Origin: a virus
Taxonomy: Duplodnaviria > Caudoviricetes
Strand: one strand, 5' to 3'
Length of the DNA stretch: 64,000 nucleotides
IMG/VR virus record: IMGVR_UViG_3300048691_000203
Span: 275-64,274 of that record
In this document: positions 11,344-21,207 of the stretch, piece after piece
Layout: every line of letters begins with the position of its first letter
Numbering within the stretch: position 1 is the stretch's first letter
Position numbers and translations under genes: made by a program
Notes under the pieces: model-generated
Told to the model about the DNA's origin: nothing
Database searches by the model: none
The model's input: only the letters and a program-made list of their open reading frames with translations

Positions 11344-12189
11344 ATGAGCTCACTACTGTTTTCAACAACCTGCTTGAATCCAATCCAAGGTCTGATCGAC
11401 TTTACTCTGGATACCAAGCCCTTCCACACTAAGATCCTCACAGCTGGTGTGCAGGTGCTATTTGAAGATAACATGGATGTTGATTTATCTGAGGAGTCGT
11501 TGTTCACTATTCACCAAAACTTCAACCTCCATACAGACCACTGTGTACAGCCACCTGATTGTTGTATCATTCAAGGCCTAGAAACCTCGGTGATTGAAGA
11601 TTCGATGGGGTTGGAGTATGTTGGTGATTATAGTATAGTATCTGACCCATATGGATTGCAGATTGATAGTACTACCAACACCACACGGCGGCCAATCCAG
11701 TGGTTTATTGGATACAATTCTGCCGGCATTCCAGTATTTTATGATTTCCCTCACTGTGATATCGAACCTAAAATAAATGTATCAGATTCGTTCTGTGCAA
11801 TTGGGTTTGAGGTGTATCCATACGAAACTGATGGGTACGAATTTTCTGATCCTAAGTGTGAGGTGTACTGCGAAGAAAATTCGGCGTGTGAACTAGGTCT
11901 GGAAGAGTATTCGCTGGAAGTAAATCAACTCGAATCAGGGAGTGAGCAATGTGAGGCGGTGTGTGGGTATGCACCAAATGAGCGTATTGGCCTGGAAGTT
12001 GGTACACACGAGCAATATCCAATAGAATACGTCGACCCAATACCTTCAGAGTTGTGGCCTGAAAACTACTACGGCCCGTGTACAGTACAGGATATCCCTT
12101 GTCCGGATGTATCCCAAACAACAGTCTCTACAGGAATGTACGAGAGTTTTATGATATACGAAGATGGTGTTTTGTTGTTGGAGTTATAA
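11344..12189 (+). CDS. Acidic, Cys-rich virion (baseplate-cluster) protein
   Basis: N-terminal 'LIDF..DTKPFHTKI'; 13 Cys; repeated G-(L/F)-E-x-x-x-x-E segments. Confidence 0.45.
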   Translation: MSSLLFSTTCLNPIQGLIDFTLDTKPFHTKILTAGVQVLFEDNMDVDLSEESLFTIHQNFNLHTDHCVQPPDCCIIQGLETSVIEDSMGLEYVGDYSIVSDPYGLQIDSTTNTTRRPIQWFIGYNSAGIPVFYDFPHCDIEPKINVSDSFCAIGFEVYPYETDGYEFSDPKCEVYCEENSACELGLEEYSLEVNQLESGSEQCEAVCGYAPNERIGLEVGTHEQYPIEYVDPIPSELWPENYYGPCTVQDIPCPDVSQTTVSTGMYESFMIYEDGVLLLEL

Positions 12190-12193
12190 TCAC

Positions 12194-12661
12194 ATGTTAC
12201 TAGAAACTACAATAAATCAAATCGAGCAGATCACATCCAGAGATCACCCTGGCGCTAGGGATAGTCGAGCAAAAGCTGTCACGCTGTCTGGCTCAATTCA
12301 AGCTACTGCACTACCACCCGGCATATTATTCACTGCGTCTACACAGACTGGCCACAAAGCTCGGTTGAGGGCCGTTGAAACTACACACAATGATTCTGGC
12401 GTTGTTGTGCAGTTAGTGTCTGGAGACTCTATCACAATCACACCAATTTCGAAAAATCTAGATTCAGTTCAGATGAATTGTTCGTGTGAAGACTTCACCT
12501 TTAGATTAGCTCGGGCGAATTCGGTGAGTGGTGTATTATTTGGTAATATAACAAAACCGTACATCAAAAAAACAAACTCACCACCCAACACTTCAGTGGG
12601 CGCATGTAAACACCTACTGAAGTTGGTATCGAGTTTGACTGATGTTGGTGTGTTGGTGTAA
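12194..12661 (+). CDS. SWIM zinc-finger protein
   Basis: 'NCSCEDF ... GACKHL' matches the CxC...CxH SWIM signature; start placed at ATG 12194 (MLLETT). Confidence 0.65.
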   Translation: MLLETTINQIEQITSRDHPGARDSRAKAVTLSGSIQATALPPGILFTASTQTGHKARLRAVETTHNDSGVVVQLVSGDSITITPISKNLDSVQMNCSCEDFTFRLARANSVSGVLFGNITKPYIKKTNSPPNTSVGACKHLLKLVSSLTDVGVLV

Positions 12662-12684
12662 ATAAACATAACACACCAACATCA
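12640..12684 (+). promoter_or_regulatory. Late promoter core TAAATA (12659-12664) inside a 15-bp perfect inverted repeat
   Basis: TGATGTTGGTGTGTT (12640-12654) / AACACACCAACATCA (12670-12684). Confidence 0.7.
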
Positions 12685-12694
12685 TAATACCATC

Positions 12695-14143
12695 ATGTTA
12701 GTTCCCTTTCGCCACGGTATCGTAAAATCTCAACAACAAGGTAACTTACCTGGATTTTTAAATGTACAATCTAACTCAGTAACACTACTTGCAGATAACT
12801 CACCATTGGTGATTAACATTGCTAACGGTGCAAGCGACTACCTAATCTCTATAGAGAACACAATCACCAGCGCCTGGGCCGGCTTTGGCACTGCTGCATT
12901 TCCGAGTGGAGTAAATTACTGGTTATACATTGACGTTAATTCTGCTTCAGGGCTTATTACATATGGTAAGACCCGATACAACCAAGTAATCGCAAGCCGT
13001 GCGCCAGTAAATCCCCAAATAGATCAGCACTGGTTTGATGTAGCGAGCGCTAAGATGAAAGTATGGACAGGCCTGACTTGGCAGACAAAAATCCGAATCT
13101 TAGTTGGTGAATTTGCAAATACCACATCAGTCGCATGTTTTGCGTATAAATCCCAAGTAGCTATCAACACACCAGTAAATTCAGGTAAAATTGCCTTTGA
13201 TGTATACGGAAAACCAATTCGTAAGAGTACAGGCGAATTCTTCACGACAGATGATTCCATCTATGTCAATGGTATTGTGTCAGCACCAAACTCTCTTGAA
13301 ACCCGCCGGCTCGCTGTAACCGCACTCGAGCCTATTCCCGCTCGATCGATCGTTGCACTTGCTGAATTCGACAAAGTGGTTGTCGCTCGTTATGAAGACA
13401 CTGGGTCAAGAGTACTAGGGTTCACGAACTTTGCTATGTCTCCGGGACAGACCGAGGAAATTGTACTCAGTGGTGTAATCGAAAGTACTGGCTGGAGCTT
13501 TCTCACCGCCAATGACAGTATCTGGGTCGAGCTGGGCCAACCCACTACTATAAACCCATTCAGTGTATCTTCCAGCAGGGGCATGCAACAACCGATTGGT
13601 CGAGTTATCGGGCCCCAGAGAATTCGGTTCAATCCACCCAACTTCCAAATCACATCCACCCAAGCAACTCCACCAACCCCTAGAAATGTGTGGTTGGTTG
13701 CAATTGACACCAGTATCAGTGGAAGTATGTTAAGTTATGGTGCATATAGCACACACTTAGTGTCTGGTAATGTAACCTCAAACATAACACTACAACCTGC
13801 ATCTGACGTAACCCGCCTAAAACTAACACCTGGGGTGTATAGTGTTACATTCTTGGGAACACTATCAGCGGATTTTGTCGGCAACCCAATTACCGTTGTT
13901 GGAGTAACAAATGCACCATCACAGTGGCCGCCTACCAATAGCTGGATGTCAGACAACACAGGTGGTGTGGCTGATACAGAATCAGGAAGTCGTGAAGATG
14001 TGCAGGCTATTTCATACTCTACGAGCATCAACGTAATAGACGAGATTGAGTTTGTACTATCCAACACTGTAAACCCAAACACTGGAGTCCGCACACATGT
14101 CAGGGGCCTGGTAACAATTGAACAGTTAAATGTGACGATTTGA
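12695..14143 (+). CDS. Putative tail fibre/baseplate-associated virion protein
   Basis: 'P..PQIDQHWFD....MKVWTG..W' fibre-shaft repeat; beta-rich C-terminus; late context. Confidence 0.5.
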   Translation: MLVPFRHGIVKSQQQGNLPGFLNVQSNSVTLLADNSPLVINIANGASDYLISIENTITSAWAGFGTAAFPSGVNYWLYIDVNSASGLITYGKTRYNQVIASRAPVNPQIDQHWFDVASAKMKVWTGLTWQTKIRILVGEFANTTSVACFAYKSQVAINTPVNSGKIAFDVYGKPIRKSTGEFFTTDDSIYVNGIVSAPNSLETRRLAVTALEPIPARSIVALAEFDKVVVARYEDTGSRVLGFTNFAMSPGQTEEIVLSGVIESTGWSFLTANDSIWVELGQPTTINPFSVSSSRGMQQPIGRVIGPQRIRFNPPNFQITSTQATPPTPRNVWLVAIDTSISGSMLSYGAYSTHLVSGNVTSNITLQPASDVTRLKLTPGVYSVTFLGTLSADFVGNPITVVGVTNAPSQWPPTNSWMSDNTGGVADTESGSREDVQAISYSTSINVIDEIEFVLSNTVNPNTGVRTHVRGLVTIEQLNVTI

Positions 14144-14164
14144 CCCACATCACGATCACCAATA

Positions 14165-14197
14165 AAAAGGAGGAGTAAATATGATACTCCTCCTTTT
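14165..14197 (+). promoter_or_regulatory. 13-bp hairpin containing an SD (AGGAGG), ATG 14181 and late core TAAATA (14176-14181)
   Basis: AAAAGGAGGAGTA (14165-14177), loop AATATGA, TACTCCTCCTTTT (14185-14197). Confidence 0.7.
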
Positions 14198-14213
14198 ACT
14201 GTATCCATACTAT

Positions 14214-15047
14214 ATGACAACTAACCCGTTACTTGAGCACCATAATTTTCGTCTACCAGGGGAAACTGTTAAGCTTCCGAGTCTGGCATTGTTTTATACT
14301 GACAATATCGTTGACGATGCGGTGCTGACCGCAGGTGAGGTGTACGTCCAACCAATGACTACATACGAAGAGCTCCTAATGAAGACTCCCGATCTCATCT
14401 ACTCTGGACAGGCGATTGTCCAAGTATTTGGCAAGTGCATTCCTCAGATCAAACAACCACTTCAGTTGCTTGCTAAGGATATAGACTTCTTGCTCATCGC
14501 ACTTCGGAAGATTTCGCTAGGATCTACAGTTGTAATCACCCACACACATAACTGCGACGGTGCAAAACAACACGAGTATGAAGTAAACATCCAACGGTTG
14601 ATCACTCAGACAAATAATGTCAACCCATCTACAGTAGAAACACTGTTTGAATACACTCTCGAAAATGGGCAACACATCAAACTACGCCCCTATACTATCC
14701 AGTCAGTATTGTCCCTATCCCAGGCCGCCGCCGTTCAACAGGATAAGTTAGAATCAATGTCCGAACTCGAACTGATTAACTATCTTCGTGACAGCTTATT
14801 GGCAAACCTATTACCAGCAATTGTATCAGTATCGGATATTTCAGACCGTGGTCTTATTCACGAGTGGTTGGACAATCTACCTAGTGTGTGGATTAAGCAA
14901 TTGTCAGCCGCGATTGAAGCCACAAATACATGGGGCGTCGATTTTGAGACCACCCTCGTGTGCTCAGACTGTGGAGAATCGTTTGTGACTACAATCCCAC
15001 TCAACCCACTCAGTTTTTTTACGGGACCCTCCGATCTGGTGATGTAG
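14214..15047 (+). CDS. Baseplate hub/tail assembly chaperone (T4 gp26/gp51-like)
   Basis: 'LPS...FY', 'V.PMT..EE', 'DID.LLIALR..S.G', CxxC 'CSDCG' and terminal 'SFF'. Alternative start 14181 is buried in a hairpin. Confidence 0.7.
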   Translation: MTTNPLLEHHNFRLPGETVKLPSLALFYTDNIVDDAVLTAGEVYVQPMTTYEELLMKTPDLIYSGQAIVQVFGKCIPQIKQPLQLLAKDIDFLLIALRKISLGSTVVITHTHNCDGAKQHEYEVNIQRLITQTNNVNPSTVETLFEYTLENGQHIKLRPYTIQSVLSLSQAAAVQQDKLESMSELELINYLRDSLLANLLPAIVSVSDISDRGLIHEWLDNLPSVWIKQLSAAIEATNTWGVDFETTLVCSDCGESFVTTIPLNPLSFFTGPSDLVM

Positions 15048-15250
15048 ATCGCATCCGAGAGCTCTTTACTGCTCTCGAAGATGAAGCACGGGGGTTACTA
15101 AAGAGTGTGATTGATCTCGTTTACTTTATGCGAGGTGCCATATCATATGAAGAGATGATGCGTCGCACTTTTAGCGAACGGCAATTGATTGCCGAATTCT
15201 TACAAGATCGATTGAAGTCTGAGCAGACTAAGGAATTTCAAGTGTACTAG
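15014..15250 (+). CDS. Probable -1 frameshift extension of the chaperone (GT-like product)
   Basis: T TTT TTT at 15014-15020 in the chaperone frame; the -1 frame is open to 15250 ('YFMRGAISYEEMM....ER.LI..F'); directly precedes the tape measure gene. Confidence 0.6.
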   Translation, partial: FFYGTLRSGDVDRIRELFTALEDEARGLLKSVIDLVYFMRGAISYEEMMRRTFSERQLIAEFLQDRLKSEQTKEFQVY

Positions 15251-15267
15251 GGTGTAAATACACCCTA
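15248..15267 (+). promoter_or_regulatory. Late core TAAATA (15255-15260) at the apex of an 8-bp hairpin upstream of tape measure
   Basis: TAGGGTGT-AAAT-ACACCCTA. Confidence 0.65.
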
Positions 15268-15303
15268 CACACGCGCGCTTATGCACTCTTACGATAACAC
15301 ATA

Positions 15304-18300
15304 ATGGCATCACCTACATCTCCTGGGACCTCCCTATCACCAGCCGACCTGAGCGAATTAATCCGAGCAGTCAAAGCAAATACAACTGCATTCGCGACTA
15401 ATTCTAGAGATATGGCAAAGGCGCTTGACGCGTTGACAGCCATTGTTACTAAGTCCGCAGAGGTTGAGCGCCAGGTACTGAAATCAGATATAGCAGGAAG
15501 GAAGCTCGACCAGACATTGATTGACTCAATTGGCGATCTGTCGGATGTGAATGAAAAAACACTCAAACGATTAGTAGAGGCCCTCACCGCTGCAAAATCA
15601 GCAGCTTCTACTAACTCCAGTGATCCAAAGTCTTCTGCTGCCGTACAACAAGCAACGGCCACCCTTCTAAAATTTGTGGATAGCGTCGACCAGTCTACTG
15701 AAATAATTGATAGATCAACTGATAGGGGTAAGCGCGAAGAGCAGCGACAACTAGCAACTCAAAAGCAAAACTTAGAGTTTGTCGCAAAAGAGGGGGCGAC
15801 TCGTTATCAGCGAATTGCTGCTGAGAAAGAATTAATAGCTGTTCAGCAACAAATTGCAAAAAAAGCGGTTACTGAATCTAAGACATCACTCGAAAAAGCA
15901 GAGAATCGGTTCAGCTCGAACCAGACTTCACTCAATAAAGCAGCAGTCGCCACCGCCCAGCTAAGCCACGCTCAGGCCCTGGCAAGCTCACGCAAACTAG
16001 CCGAACAAGAAGCTCAGGCACAGTCCAATCTCGCCCAACGCCGCGCAGAGTACTTCAGCAAAGAAGGAACCACCAGTCAAAAGTTACACACTGCTCAATC
16101 AGCTCTATTCGCAGACTTTTCTCGGGCTCGAGTCGCCGCTTCAGATACAGAGCAAACGTTGAGGACAGCTCAAGCGGCATATGCAGTAAACGCATCCGAA
16201 ACAAACAAGGCAATACTTGGTCAGGCTGAATTTGAACGTGATGTTGCCAAGAATGAAGCATCCAAAAAAGCCCAGGCTATCCTCGCCCAACGCAGTGCTG
16301 AAGCACAAACCCAAGCTGAGATCGTTCAAAAACGGGCGTCATATTTCGCCACCCAGGGTAGTTTCTTTCAACGACTATATGCAGGGCAGGATGAGCTGTT
16401 TGCTAAGCATGAAGCAGCCAAGAAAACACTAGCGGATACAGAGATCTCCCTCAAACGAGCTCAGTTCCAGTATGCCAAGAATGCATCTGAAATCAACAAA
16501 ACTGGGTTACAACAAGCACTGTTAACTAGAGATATTGCGTCTAGTGAAGCTAAGAAGACTAGCCACCTACTTAACCCCGAGAGTGCCATGCTGTCCAATG
16601 TAATTCAGAAGTTCAAGAATGTACTTGCTGGATTCTCACTGGCGATTGCGTCCAGAACTGCATACTCCGACATCACGACAGCGCGTTCTACTGGTGGATC
16701 AAATTCCATCGCTAGTGGTACAGATTTGACGGCGAGTGTGATGGGTAACTACGCGACAGCAATTATTAATGGTATCACCTCTCGGACTCTTACGGAAGTC
16801 AGACAGTCCACCCGTGCGGCTGAATTAAGTGCTGGTTCTCAGAAAAAATTCGACGAGATACTATTCAAGAGTGTAGATGGTCTGTACGACATTACAGCTA
16901 GTCGTGATGAAGCCGTCCAAATACGCGCTGGAATCATGTCAGCTGGTCAAGAAGTTGGAATATCTGCGCCCGCAAGTGGTGAGATGCTGAAAGGCTTGTC
17001 AGAGCAGTTTGGCAAGCTCAGTAGACTGACAGGCCAGAGTGCAGTTAGTATTGCCAAAATGACCGAAGGCATCATCAAGGATACAGAACAACGAGACGCG
17101 CTTTTGTCGATGGGCGAAAAACAAAAGTCGTTGTACATCCTCGAACAAATCCAACGCATTGCTCAGTACAAACAAGCGGGGTACACTCTTGAACAAGCAC
17201 AAGAACTTATTAAAATCCAAGCTGCTGAACGTAACAAGAATAGTATAGACAAATATAAATCTCACTACTCTGCACTTCAAGCTCGTGAGATGTTGGTTGG
17301 ACAACTTCAGGGGCATGGACCTGAGGGCCAACAACGTGCATCACAAGTATCTAGCATCAACCGCAGGATCAAAGACCTGGACGCATACGCTGCAACAAAT
17401 AAGTTTACAGCAGATTCTGTCGAAGGTCGCAAATATAAATCTGATCGAGCTGAACTGGAGGGAAAATTAGCCGAACACGTTTCGTACCTCAAAGGTCAGG
17501 ATCTAGCAGCAAGCGGAACGATGAGCCAGGGTCAGCCGATCGTCGACCTGATTTCTGAAGCACTGAAGCGCGACTCACCTGGTTATACCGTGACCCCTAC
17601 AGGTGCTAAGAACGATGACCAGACTACAAAAAAAGCTAATGAAAAAAATGCCAATGAAAACAGCACTGTAATTAACACAGTAACCACACTGGTAGATCGT
17701 GTCAATAGTCTACTAACTAGTCCTCTAGTTCAAGGCATTGGCGGCGCCCTGGTCGCGACATCGACACTGGCATTCCATGCTATGGCTATGAAGTATATGA
17801 TGGGTAAGATGGGCATTGGAGCGATGGATGTGATTAAGGGATTACTGGGTCGCGGCAAAGGAGGAGCTCGAGCCGTCTGGGGTGGAATCAAAGCAGCAGG
17901 TGGAGGCTTGATGCGAGGTGCAGCATGGGCAGGACGAGGGCTTGGTACTGCTGCGATGGCACTTGCACCATCAGTTATGTCAGCAGCACCATCAGTGATG
18001 TCTGCGGCCGCCAAAGCAGGAGCAGGAATTGCGGCTGTTGGATCTAAGGCTATAGGTGCTACGGGCGCATTAGCAGCTAGTGCAGGAGGTGGCTTGGCAA
18101 AAGTAGCCACCGGCTCTATGGGGAAATCACTGATCAAGAAGATCCCAATTATCGGCGCTCTTGCTGGGCTAGGTTTTGGTATTAACCGATTACTGTCGGG
18201 AGATTTCACAGGCGCGGCTCTGGAGATCGGCGGTGGGCTTGCAGGTACGCTCCCCGGCGCAGGTACAGCACTATCGATTGGAGCAGACGTGGCACTTGCT

Positions 18301-18732
18301 GGGCACGACTACTCCAAAGCACCAAAAGATCAGGCCAATGTAGTAAATTCAACAATGTACGCGGCGCCATTACTTGGTGTTGGAGCAACCACATCTACAT
18401 TGGCGTCTACCATACTACCAGCACTGGGTCCCCTAGGCATGGCAATAGCAACTTTAACCCATCCAACCCCCACTACAACACAAGCAGTGGAAGGTACCGG
18501 AACGCTTCTGAGGGATAAAGATGGCAACCCAATCTCACCTATAAACAAGCCTTCGGGATCTACCCCCACAGAAGTTTTGACAGCACAGGTAGTCAAATTA
18601 ATTGATTTGTTCATGTCTAAAACAGACCCAGAAACTGCAAAAGAAATGCTGAATGAATACAAACGCAATGGATCAAACAGTAGAATTTCAGCAGGTCTAT
18701 ATAGTATGATTCCTGCAAAAGTCCCCTCGTAG
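15304..18732 (+). CDS. Tape measure protein
   Basis: 1142 aa, Ala/Gln-rich helical; Gly/Ala-rich 'KKIPIIGALAG.GF....GDF.GA..E' region; follows the chaperone pair. Confidence 0.7.
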   Translation: MASPTSPGTSLSPADLSELIRAVKANTTAFATNSRDMAKALDALTAIVTKSAEVERQVLKSDIAGRKLDQTLIDSIGDLSDVNEKTLKRLVEALTAAKSAASTNSSDPKSSAAVQQATATLLKFVDSVDQSTEIIDRSTDRGKREEQRQLATQKQNLEFVAKEGATRYQRIAAEKELIAVQQQIAKKAVTESKTSLEKAENRFSSNQTSLNKAAVATAQLSHAQALASSRKLAEQEAQAQSNLAQRRAEYFSKEGTTSQKLHTAQSALFADFSRARVAASDTEQTLRTAQAAYAVNASETNKAILGQAEFERDVAKNEASKKAQAILAQRSAEAQTQAEIVQKRASYFATQGSFFQRLYAGQDELFAKHEAAKKTLADTEISLKRAQFQYAKNASEINKTGLQQALLTRDIASSEAKKTSHLLNPESAMLSNVIQKFKNVLAGFSLAIASRTAYSDITTARSTGGSNSIASGTDLTASVMGNYATAIINGITSRTLTEVRQSTRAAELSAGSQKKFDEILFKSVDGLYDITASRDEAVQIRAGIMSAGQEVGISAPASGEMLKGLSEQFGKLSRLTGQSAVSIAKMTEGIIKDTEQRDALLSMGEKQKSLYILEQIQRIAQYKQAGYTLEQAQELIKIQAAERNKNSIDKYKSHYSALQAREMLVGQLQGHGPEGQQRASQVSSINRRIKDLDAYAATNKFTADSVEGRKYKSDRAELEGKLAEHVSYLKGQDLAASGTMSQGQPIVDLISEALKRDSPGYTVTPTGAKNDDQTTKKANEKNANENSTVINTVTTLVDRVNSLLTSPLVQGIGGALVATSTLAFHAMAMKYMMGKMGIGAMDVIKGLLGRGKGGARAVWGGIKAAGGGLMRGAAWAGRGLGTAAMALAPSVMSAAPSVMSAAAKAGAGIAAVGSKAIGATGALAASAGGGLAKVATGSMGKSLIKKIPIIGALAGLGFGINRLLSGDFTGAALEIGGGLAGTLPGAGTALSIGADVALAGHDYSKAPKDQANVVNSTMYAAPLLGVGATTSTLASTILPALGPLGMAIATLTHPTPTTTQAVEGTGTLLRDKDGNPISPINKPSGSTPTEVLTAQVVKLIDLFMSKTDPETAKEMLNEYKRNGSNSRISAGLYSMIPAKVPS

Positions 18733-18797
18733 TAAATTACTGATTGAGTACTCAGGCTAAATAAGAGTCACGCCTCTGGCAAACTATATCTCATACT

Positions 18798-20330
18798 ATG
18801 AACGAAAACGCGAAGTTTTCAGGGTACTTCAAGTTAGTCAATATTGAGCCCACCCCTGCACAAATCCAAGATAATGTCACGTTCGACACAATGTCTAGTA
18901 GTACTGTCACTGGATGGTACAACAACATCGTAACAGGGTCAGGTAATCGACTTAGTCGATATGCTGAATACGACCTGATGGACTCCGATGTTGACGTATC
19001 ACGCGCTCTCGACATCATCGCTGAGGAAATGACTAATGAATCTGACGGCTCGATCCTCACCATTGAGATTGAAGATGATGTCATTGATGAGATTGGCCAG
19101 ATCACGCTGAACACCGCCCTTCGCCGTTGGAATAAAACACTCGAACTAGAATCTAAGTTGTTTGATATTGCCCGCTACTTAATCAAGTATGGTGATGTTG
19201 TATTCAATAAACCCGAACCATTTTCCAAATGGGAGTATGTACCAATCAAGAATGTGACCGGTGCGTATGTTGATCAAAATAACGCCAGCAATGTAATTGG
19301 TTTAGTAATCAACCAGCAATACAAGAGTACAGCTCGGCAACACATGGGATCATCAGCAGACTTGCTATCAATTGAGCCGCTCACCAAGGTCGTCAGGTTC
19401 ACGCTGAATAACGGAATGAGTGACTCCGCCCCCTTTGGCCTATCTATTTTGAATTCAGTGTACAGAGCGTATCAACAAAAGAAGTTGATCGAAGACTCGA
19501 TCATCATCTATCGAGTCCAGCGAGCACCTGAAAAACGAGTATTTTATATTGACGTGGGCCGCATGCAGCCACAACGGCGCAAAGCTTACTTAGAACAAGT
19601 CAAGCTTGAGATGCGCCAAAAGAAGATTCCGACTGTTAACAACAGTAACGGAGACTCGGGTATAGATAATATGTACGACCCTCAAGACATGATGGAAGAC
19701 TTCTTCCTCGCAACTTCAGGAGAGGGCGGTCGTGGAAGTAAGATCGAGATTTTACCAGGCGGCCAAAATCTCGGAGAACTATCTGACCTCAATCACTTCA
19801 AAGATAAGTTGGCGGAAGGTTTGCGGGTACCTGTTAGTTGGACTCGCGACGGCGCAAACGGCCCAGCTACTGCCAATGATGGCAAGGTTGGAGCAGCCTT
19901 TATCCAGGAGGCTCGATTCGCTAAATTTGTCGGGCGCCTTCAAGTTGCACTGCGTACAACAATTGATAAAGAGTTTAAAGACTTCGTCAAGAGTGTAGGA
20001 ATTAAGATAGATCCACACTACTACAGTGTTGTTCTACCTAAGCCGAGTAACTTCGAAGCTTATCGCCAAGCTGAAAAGGACGCCGCCCTCTTAACACTAT
20101 TCAGTCAAACTAGTTCAGTTACTACTTTATCTCCACGATTTGCGGCGAAGCGTTATCTACAGATGACCCAAAATGAAATTTTGGAAAACGAACGCATGCT
20201 TAGAGAGGAAAGGGGAATAGAACTGGGCGACCCTAAGCTGCTATCCAAACTGTACTCACCTGACTCAGTGAGTGCAGAGCCGAACGACACCACTTCCGGT
20301 TCCCTCGAACTTGATGCAACTACTGAATAA
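18798..20330 (+). CDS. Portal protein (T4 gp20-like)
   Basis: 'EDS.IIYRVQRAPEKRVFYIDVG.M', 'EDFFL', 'I..LPGGQNLGEL.D'. Confidence 0.95.
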   Translation: MNENAKFSGYFKLVNIEPTPAQIQDNVTFDTMSSSTVTGWYNNIVTGSGNRLSRYAEYDLMDSDVDVSRALDIIAEEMTNESDGSILTIEIEDDVIDEIGQITLNTALRRWNKTLELESKLFDIARYLIKYGDVVFNKPEPFSKWEYVPIKNVTGAYVDQNNASNVIGLVINQQYKSTARQHMGSSADLLSIEPLTKVVRFTLNNGMSDSAPFGLSILNSVYRAYQQKKLIEDSIIIYRVQRAPEKRVFYIDVGRMQPQRRKAYLEQVKLEMRQKKIPTVNNSNGDSGIDNMYDPQDMMEDFFLATSGEGGRGSKIEILPGGQNLGELSDLNHFKDKLAEGLRVPVSWTRDGANGPATANDGKVGAAFIQEARFAKFVGRLQVALRTTIDKEFKDFVKSVGIKIDPHYYSVVLPKPSNFEAYRQAEKDAALLTLFSQTSSVTTLSPRFAAKRYLQMTQNEILENERMLREERGIELGDPKLLSKLYSPDSVSAEPNDTTSGSLELDATTE

Positions 20331-20352
20331 CTACCAAAAGGAACTTTTACAC

Positions 20353-20520
20353 ATGGACAATACAACAAAACAATCATACTCAGATCTAATCGATGCTATC
20401 GTCCGGCAAGATGATCCGTCCAAGGCAATAAACCAAGTATTGGCAGCTAGGTTGAGTGCTGTTGCAGCAAGTGAGCAAATTACGTTAAATCCATTGCCAG
20501 CGGCGGTGCTGGAGCGGTAA
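20353..20520 (+). CDS. Small prohead core protein (gp67/68 position)
   Basis: Short helical ORF between portal and protease with AGGA SD; 'LIDAI...D'. Confidence 0.45.
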   Translation: MDNTTKQSYSDLIDAIVRQDDPSKAINQVLAARLSAVAASEQITLNPLPAAVLER

Positions 20521-20558
20521 TATAGTAAATACCCCAAATATACTCACCTCGGCCCAAC

Positions 20559-21200
20559 ATGCGCACAATATTCCTTCAAGAAACATATACTCCTGATCAG
20601 ACTCAATTCATCACCGAAGCGATCGTTGATCAAACTAATGGTAAAAAATCATGGTATCTCGAAGGTATCTGCATGCAAGGCGCCGTCAAGAATAGAAATG
20701 GCCGTAACTACCCAAAACAAGAGATTACAAATGCAGTGCAAGCACTTCAAGAGTCCATCAACAACAAACAGTGTTATGGTGAATTAGATCACCCACTCGA
20801 TTCTCGTATTGGTGTAGAATTGAAGCAAGTATCCCACATGTTTGAAAAGCTGGTGATGCGTGATAATGATGCGATCGGCCGCATTAAAATTTTAGATACG
20901 CCTATGGGCCAGATTGCTTCTGCGATCTTAGAAGGTGGCGGTCAGCTCGGCGTATCATCTAGGGGTACGGGCGATGTGAATGAGTCGGGTAATGTTCAAA
21001 ACTTCGCGTGCTCGACGATTGACATCGTCGCCACGCCGTCAGCTCCGAACGCAGTTCCGATGTCTATTAAAGAGGCACTCGAGCAAAACAAACAGGGTAA
21101 TATTGTACAGACCCTTGCAGAAGCACTCCAAGAAGATAAATCTGCCCAGAAATACTTCAATACAGAAGTGCAAAAATTTCTACGCTCATTCTTAGGATAA
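20559..21200 (+). CDS. Prohead protease (T4 gp21-like)
   Basis: 'NRNGRNYP', 'GELDHP', 'ILDTPMG', 'GVSSRG.G', 'DIVA.PSAP.A'. Confidence 0.95.
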   Translation: MRTIFLQETYTPDQTQFITEAIVDQTNGKKSWYLEGICMQGAVKNRNGRNYPKQEITNAVQALQESINNKQCYGELDHPLDSRIGVELKQVSHMFEKLVMRDNDAIGRIKILDTPMGQIASAILEGGGQLGVSSRGTGDVNESGNVQNFACSTIDIVATPSAPNAVPMSIKEALEQNKQGNIVQTLAEALQEDKSAQKYFNTEVQKFLRSFLG

Positions 21201-21207
21201 TGTTTCA

